The notes below the pieces were generated by a model that saw only the letters and a list, made by a program, of their open reading frames with translations, did not search any database and was not told the origin of the DNA. Positions 58,832-64,000 of a stretch of DNA of 64,000 bases are shown here, piece after piece. This stretch comes from an uncultured Nitrospiraceae bacterium (GTDB lineage: Bacteria > Nitrospirota > Thermodesulfovibrionia > Thermodesulfovibrionales > Dissulfurispiraceae). A program made the translations under genes and the position numbers. Position 1 is the first letter of the stretch. Each line of letters begins with the position of its first letter. The stretch is taken from assembly GCA_963727805.1 (NCBI GenBank), contig CAVSHF010000005.1, positions 288,001-352,000 of the forward strand, given 5' to 3'.

Positions 58832-59860
58832 GTGACAGAGAAGAATGTTGTGTTTTATGCTATAGTGATTGCGCTCGTATATCTGGCGTGTGCGATGATT
58901 TCGCCTTTCATCCTGGCTATCTTTTCGGCAGTGGTCTTTTCAATAGTTCTATCGCCTGTCTATGAGTTCATCGGTAAAAGGCTAAAGAATGCCAATATAG
59001 CAGCAGCAGTCGTTGTACTCATTGCCCTACTGCTATTTGTCGCGCCATTATCGTTTTTTTGCTACTTGTTGGTCGATGAAATAAAGGTAATAGTCAGTCT
59101 ATCCGGCGGAAAAGACATCCCCACGCTCATTTTCGAGAATAGTAATCTGAAATCAGCGATTGCAGAAATGGCGCATCTTCTGAATATCCCGCCTGACGAA
59201 TTAAACAGCTATCTAATCGGGCTTATTGGCGCTGTGAAGACCGGCCTGACCCGGATTGTTAGTGAAAATGCATTAGTCGCTATCAATGCAGTCATGAACT
59301 ATTTCATAATGCTCTTTGCGCTCTTTTTTCTTCTTCGTGACCGGGAAGCTTTTGTTTCCGCAATACGCAGGCTTCTGCCCCTCACGGAAATACAGAAGGA
59401 AGGGCTGAGAAAAAGAATAGAAGAGGTCATTGTATCTACGATGTATGGCGGGGTCATGATTGCGCTGGTTGGAGGAGTTATAGGAGGGGTAGCGTTTCAT
59501 TTTCTGGGCGTCCCCTCTCCTCTACTGCTTGGCTTTGCGATGTCGGTGTTTTCTTTTATCCCGATTGTGGGATCGTTCGCGATCTGGGGTCCGGTTACGG
59601 CATATCTATTTATAAGCGGCGAAGTAATAAAAGGCGTTATTATGGCGGCCATTGGTATACTTGTAATAGTCGGACTGGTAGAACACATACTGAAACCAAA
59701 GATAATGGGGCAACGGGCAAGGATACATACTGCACTGATTTTTTTTGGAGTACTGGGAGGAATACACCTTTTTGGTGTGATAGGCTTTGTTGCAGGCCCG
59801 CTTATTGTGGCGGTGCTTATGATGGCAATGCCGCTTATAGAAAAGAGGCTTGAGCAATAG
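58832..59860 (+). CDS. AI-2E family transporter
   Basis: GTG after GAGGA; FFLLRD, SFIPIVGS, ILKPKIMG, GVIGFVAGP. Confidence 0.88.
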   Translation: MTEKNVVFYAIVIALVYLACAMISPFILAIFSAVVFSIVLSPVYEFIGKRLKNANIAAAVVVLIALLLFVAPLSFFCYLLVDEIKVIVSLSGGKDIPTLIFENSNLKSAIAEMAHLLNIPPDELNSYLIGLIGAVKTGLTRIVSENALVAINAVMNYFIMLFALFFLLRDREAFVSAIRRLLPLTEIQKEGLRKRIEEVIVSTMYGGVMIALVGGVIGGVAFHFLGVPSPLLLGFAMSVFSFIPIVGSFAIWGPVTAYLFISGEVIKGVIMAAIGILVIVGLVEHILKPKIMGQRARIHTALIFFGVLGGIHLFGVIGFVAGPLIVAVLMMAMPLIEKRLEQ

Positions 59861-59933
59861 CGTCGTAATCAAATGGCTGGCAGACTTTCGGCAAAATCAA
59901 GAAACAACAGAACGTATCAGCCGGGAGGAAAAA

Positions 59934-61082
59934 GTGGACTCTGACAAAGCGCTACAAAAAGCAGAGCTGTCGCTGCTCCGTCTTGCCGACGCCACGCTGA
60001 CAGTGCGTCTATCTGGGGAATGGAAACTGGGAAAGCAGCTTCCGCAAGGTGAAGAGTTACGGGGCAAGATCGAGTCCTCAGATACAGTCAGCCGTATTAC
60101 TATTGATACTCAGGCCATGACAGGATGGGACAGCGGCCTCATAACATTCCTTCTGTCTATCATCGAGATCGGCTCCGAAATGCATATTCCCGTCGAGAAA
60201 GAGGGCCTGCCGGCAGGCGTACAGCGGATCCTGACCCTTGCCTTTGCAGTTCCTGAAAGGAAGGGTGTGCGCAGGAAAGCAGCTAAAATCTCGTTTGTCG
60301 ATAGGGTCGGCGAATCTTCAATCGCCTTTTGGCGTTCTAGTCTCGAAATGGTCGGGTTCATTGGGGAGGCCGCTGTCGCCTTTATGAGATTGCTCGTGGG
60401 AAAGGCCCAGTTTCGCCCCTCTGATCTCCTTCTCACGATGCAGGAGTGCGGTGCGCAGGCTCTTCCGATTGTCTCGCTTATCAGTATCCTTGTCGGGATC
60501 ATACTTGCCTTTATCGGCGCCATCCAACTTAAGATTTTCGGTGCACAGATTTATGTGGCCAGTCTGGTAGGAATCGGGATGGTACGGGCACTTGCGGCTG
60601 TTATGACCGGGATAATAATGGCCGGCCGCACCGGAGCATCATTTGCCGCTCAACTAGGTACGATGCAGGTGAATGAGGAGATCGATGCCTTGAAGACCCT
60701 TGGGATCTCACCCATGGAATTTCTCGTGCTTCCGAGAATGATCGCCCTTTTTTTCATGATGCCTCTTTTGAGTCTTTATGCCGACTTGATGGGAATAATC
60801 GGCGGCCTGATCATTGGGGTTTCGATACTTGACCTGAATTTGATGGAATACTACAGTAAGACCAGCCAATCAGTGCAGCTGAATGACTTATGGGTCGGGC
60901 TCTTCAGTGCCGCGGTCTTCGGCGTCCTTGTGGCGCTTGCAGGCTGTCTCCGCGGAATGCAGTCCGGACGGAGCGCTTCTGCAGTCGGTGAAGCGACAAC
61001 CTCTGCAGTTGTGACAAGCATAGTCAGCATCGTCGTGGCTATGGCCGTGATAACCTTCGTTTGTAATGTGCTGAATATCTAA
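59934..61082 (+). CDS. MlaE-family ABC permease with N-terminal STAS-like domain
   Basis: WDSGL (STAS-like), AGRTGASFAAQLGTMQVNEEIDAL, VGEATTSAVV; GTG at 59934 after GGGAGG. Confidence 0.9.
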   Translation: MDSDKALQKAELSLLRLADATLTVRLSGEWKLGKQLPQGEELRGKIESSDTVSRITIDTQAMTGWDSGLITFLLSIIEIGSEMHIPVEKEGLPAGVQRILTLAFAVPERKGVRRKAAKISFVDRVGESSIAFWRSSLEMVGFIGEAAVAFMRLLVGKAQFRPSDLLLTMQECGAQALPIVSLISILVGIILAFIGAIQLKIFGAQIYVASLVGIGMVRALAAVMTGIIMAGRTGASFAAQLGTMQVNEEIDALKTLGISPMEFLVLPRMIALFFMMPLLSLYADLMGIIGGLIIGVSILDLNLMEYYSKTSQSVQLNDLWVGLFSAAVFGVLVALAGCLRGMQSGRSASAVGEATTSAVVTSIVSIVVAMAVITFVCNVLNI

Positions 61083-61092
61083 GGAGTACAGA

Positions 61093-61875
61093 GTGGAGAT
61101 AAGAGAGGCGGAGCCACATATCATTGTTGAGAACCTGACCGTGGCCTATGGGAGCAACGTGATCCTCCATGACCTCACCTTTACCATTAACAGGGGCGAT
61201 ATATTCATAATCATGGGAGCAAGTGGCGGCGGCAAGAGCACCGTTTTGCGGAGTATGGTCGGGCTACTTCAGCCGACAAAGGGACAGATCCTCTATGGCG
61301 GTCTGAGTTTTTGGTCAGCAGGGACCGAGGAACAGAAGAGCATTATGAGAAAGTTCGGCATACTCTATCAGGGCGGCGCTCTCTGGAGTTCTCTCACTCT
61401 TGGAGAAAACGTTGCCCTCCCGCTCCAGCAATACACGGACCTGAGCCAAGGTCAGATTGAAAAGATCGTCTCGCTCAAGCTCGCACTTGTCGGACTCGCC
61501 GGCTTCGAGGAGTACTATCCATCCGAGATCAGCGGCGGCATGAAGAAACGCGCCGGACTGGCCCGCGCCATGGCGTTAGACCCTGAAATACTCTTCTTCG
61601 ATGAGCCCTCTGCGGGACTCGACCCGATCAGCGCCCATCTGCTTGACGAGTTGATCATTGAACTTAGAAATAGTCTTGGGGCCACGGTAGTTGTTGTGAC
61701 CCATGAATTGGCGAGCATATTCGCGATCGGAAATAACTCAGTCTTTCTCGACGCTGACACGAAAACGATGATCGCCGGGGGAGCGCCCAGGAAACTCCTC
61801 GCCGAGTCAAAGGATCCCAAAATAATGAACTTTCTAACCCGTGGAGAAGGTCGTGTACAAGAAGAGATAAGGTAG
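61093..61875 (+). CDS. MlaF-family ABC ATPase
   Basis: GASGGGKS, ISGGMKKRAGLARA, FDEPSAGLDP, VVTHEL. Confidence 0.93.
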   Translation: MEIREAEPHIIVENLTVAYGSNVILHDLTFTINRGDIFIIMGASGGGKSTVLRSMVGLLQPTKGQILYGGLSFWSAGTEEQKSIMRKFGILYQGGALWSSLTLGENVALPLQQYTDLSQGQIEKIVSLKLALVGLAGFEEYYPSEISGGMKKRAGLARAMALDPEILFFDEPSAGLDPISAHLLDELIIELRNSLGATVVVVTHELASIFAIGNNSVFLDADTKTMIAGGAPRKLLAESKDPKIMNFLTRGEGRVQEEIR

Positions 61876-61900
61876 AAATCGATGATTGAGGAGAAATAAA

Positions 61901-62902
61901 ATGAGTAAACAGGCAAGCAAAACGCTCATTGGCGCTTTTGTCCTGGGCGCTTTGGTTCTCATCGTTGCAGGTGTGGTCATCTTCGGTTCAGGCACGTTCT
62001 TCAAAAAGGTCAATAGGAACGTGATGTTCTTTGAGGGCTCGGTTAAAGGGCTCCAGATTGGGGCGCCGATCATGTTCCGAGGCGTCCAGATAGGGCACGT
62101 TACCGACATCGCCCTGGAGCTCAATGCAAAAGACCTCACCGCTTTCATCCCGGTTTATACAGAAATCTATCCTCAAAAAGTCATTCCAATCGCGGACAAG
62201 CCAAGCTATGACCAACTGTATCTTCAGGCATTGATAGAGAAAGGACTGAGAGCCCAGCTTCAGCTGCAGAGTTTCGTCACCGGCCAGCTTATGGTCAATC
62301 TCGATTTCTACCCAGATACTCCGATCAGGCTTGTAGGTCTCGAAAAGAAGTATCCTGAAATTCCGACAATTCCTTCGAGTCTGGCGAAACTGACAAAAAG
62401 CTTCGAGGAGTTGCCGCTCAAGGAGATCGCCGACAGATTAAACGAAACCCTTGCAGGAATAAACAGCCTTGTCAACTCCCGGGACCTGCAGACAAGCATC
62501 AGCTCACTGAATCAGTTGCTCAAAAATACTGATGCTCTGGTGAAAAATCTTGACACAAAGATCGGGCCTCTGGCTTCAGATATCAAGGGAACGACGGATG
62601 CTGCACGAGCAGCCTTTGTGCAGGCCGAAAAAACACTCAGGTTTGATGAAGGTGCATCTGGGCAGATCGCATTGAGCGTTAAAGAAACCCTATCAGCAGC
62701 CCAGGCCACTCTGAAAGAAACAAACAAAGCCGTCGAAAATATCAACGGGATCGCTGCGCAAAATGCAAATCTCGGTTATGAGATAGGCAGGACGCTTGAG
62801 CAGGTCGCTGAGCTTTCCCGTTCCATCCGTGTTCTGGCGGATTACCTTGAACGCCACCCTGAAGCCTTGCTTAGAGGGAAGAGCCCTGAGAAAGGAGAAT
62901 GA
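61901..62902 (+). CDS. MCE/MlaD-family protein (PqiB-like C-terminus)
   Basis: IGAFV TM, GSVKGLQIGAPIMFRGVQIG, helical region, YLERHPEALLRG. Confidence 0.9.
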   Translation: MSKQASKTLIGAFVLGALVLIVAGVVIFGSGTFFKKVNRNVMFFEGSVKGLQIGAPIMFRGVQIGHVTDIALELNAKDLTAFIPVYTEIYPQKVIPIADKPSYDQLYLQALIEKGLRAQLQLQSFVTGQLMVNLDFYPDTPIRLVGLEKKYPEIPTIPSSLAKLTKSFEELPLKEIADRLNETLAGINSLVNSRDLQTSISSLNQLLKNTDALVKNLDTKIGPLASDIKGTTDAARAAFVQAEKTLRFDEGASGQIALSVKETLSAAQATLKETNKAVENINGIAAQNANLGYEIGRTLEQVAELSRSIRVLADYLERHPEALLRGKSPEKGE

Positions 62903-63546
62903 AAATGAGAACTATTCGTTTGGATCAGTGTGCGCTCTTTACCTTCGCATTAGTCGTGATGATTCTGACCGGGTGCGCCAGTTCTCCGTCCTCGAAGTTC
63001 TATCAGCTAAACCCGGTGCAGAACAAGACTTCGGTCACAGGCGATGTTTCCTCCGATCAAAGCCAGGTTATTGCGATAGGTCCCGTTCGCATACCTGACT
63101 ATCTCGACCGGCCTCAGATAGTAACACGCTCCGGCAAGAATGAGCTCAAACTCTCGGAATTCGACCGGTGGGCCGGTTCTATTGAGAACGATGTCAACCG
63201 TGTCCTTGTAGAGGACATCTCCAGCCTGCTGCCCGCTGGTCGTTTTTCCGTCGTGCACTGGACCCCCTACTTAGGGAGTCAAGTTCCTGCTTCGTATAGA
63301 GTCGAAGTGATAGTGGACCGTTTTGAAGGAGCACTTGGTGATTCAGTGTTGCTGAAGGCGCAATGGAGAATATTCGCCAAGGACAGGAGTTTGATTCTGG
63401 AAAAGGGATCGCAGGTTAGAGAACAGGTGAACGGTAGCAGTTATGATGAGCTAGTTGCCGCGATGAGTAGTGCTCTTGAGCGACTGAGCCGCGATATCTA
63501 CGTAGGAATCATGTCTGTTATCCGGCAAGAGCAGACAAGAAAATAG
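62899..63546 (+). CDS. PqiC-family lipoprotein
   Basis: Lipobox LTGC; IGPVRIPDYLDRPQIV, DRWA. Confidence 0.88.
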   Translation: MKMRTIRLDQCALFTFALVVMILTGCASSPSSKFYQLNPVQNKTSVTGDVSSDQSQVIAIGPVRIPDYLDRPQIVTRSGKNELKLSEFDRWAGSIENDVNRVLVEDISSLLPAGRFSVVHWTPYLGSQVPASYRVEVIVDRFEGALGDSVLLKAQWRIFAKDRSLILEKGSQVREQVNGSSYDELVAAMSSALERLSRDIYVGIMSVIRQEQTRK

Positions 63547-63697
63547 TTGCCTTATTGTGCGGCTGGTTACTTTGCATGTGTTAACTCCCCAAGCCCGATT
63601 GCAGGCAAAACATAACAATGAATATAGCTGACTTCCTGTAAAAAACGAAATGTGATAAACTGCACGTGAGTTGAGCACCGTTGTAAAAGGAGAACAA

Positions 63698-64000
63698 ATG
63701 GAAAATCTGGAAGGACTTTGGACGATTTATTTTCGGTCAGGTTTTTTCGGCACTGGCGTGGCAGTTTTCAAAGATAGCCGACTATTGGGAGGTGATACAT
63801 ATTATTATTACGAAGGAAACTTCAGACTCCAGGATAACAGAGTCGATGCCACTATCATGGTCGTGAGGTTCAATCTAACAGGAGTGGGCGTTTTTGGCAA
63901 CCTGGACTCATTCAATCTGAACGTTTCTGGTGACATCACAGGTGATGAAATGCAACTGCAAGGGGAAATGTTGGAACAACCCGATAAGAAAATAAGTATC
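63698..64000 (+). CDS. GrlR-like beta-barrel protein, runs off window end (not in ORF track)
   Basis: AAGGAG RBS then ATG; MENLEGLWTIYFRSGFFGTGVAVFKDSRLLGGDTYYYYEG..., open to base 64000. Confidence 0.6.
   Translation, partial: MENLEGLWTIYFRSGFFGTGVAVFKDSRLLGGDTYYYYEGNFRLQDNRVDATIMVVRFNLTGVGVFGNLDSFNLNVSGDITGDEMQLQGEMLEQPDKKISI

Noticed and set aside
41596..64000. Prophage, IS, integrase or anti-phage defence genes in the accessory region
   Set aside because: No transposase, integrase, phage structural, Cas, restriction-modification or toxin-antitoxin motifs recognised in any ORF

Overview
Bacterial chromosomal window from a diderm organism. Gene content and order suggest Nitrospirota or a deltaproteobacterium; this is inference only. 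Four blocks: (1) 1-4953, housekeeping: queA, SPOR protein, phoH, membrane HD phosphodiesterase, ybeY, dgkA/PAP2 fusion. (2) 5237-14965, an accessory cluster I cannot assign to a characterised pathway: tatA, HAD phosphatase, class III aminotransferase, two small SMR/EamA membrane proteins, an alpha/beta hydrolase with a Cys nucleophile, DegT aminotransferase, FemAB/GNAT-like protein, arginase-fold protein, and its own histidine kinase plus sigma54 regulator. (3) 15281-41595, core: a dcw cluster from mraZ to ftsZ, then bioF, gpsA, larB, rimI, tsaB, an MFS gene, tRNA-Val and tRNA-Asp. The dcw cluster lacks murB, has an inserted D,D-carboxypeptidase, MraZ boxes, and an 18x12-bp tandem repeat inside ftsZ. 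(4) 41596-64000, accessory region after tRNA-Asp: att-like remnants, a CHASE/PAS hybrid kinase, two genes flanked by direct repeats, a sigma54-driven RND system whose pump is fused to a TolC-like channel through an internal signal-peptide-like linker, glgP, truncated glgX, an AI-2E transporter, an Mla/Pqi-type ABC system and a partial GrlR-like gene. I saw no CRISPR array, rRNA, transposase or integrase. All calls come from reading motifs by eye; no database searches were run.
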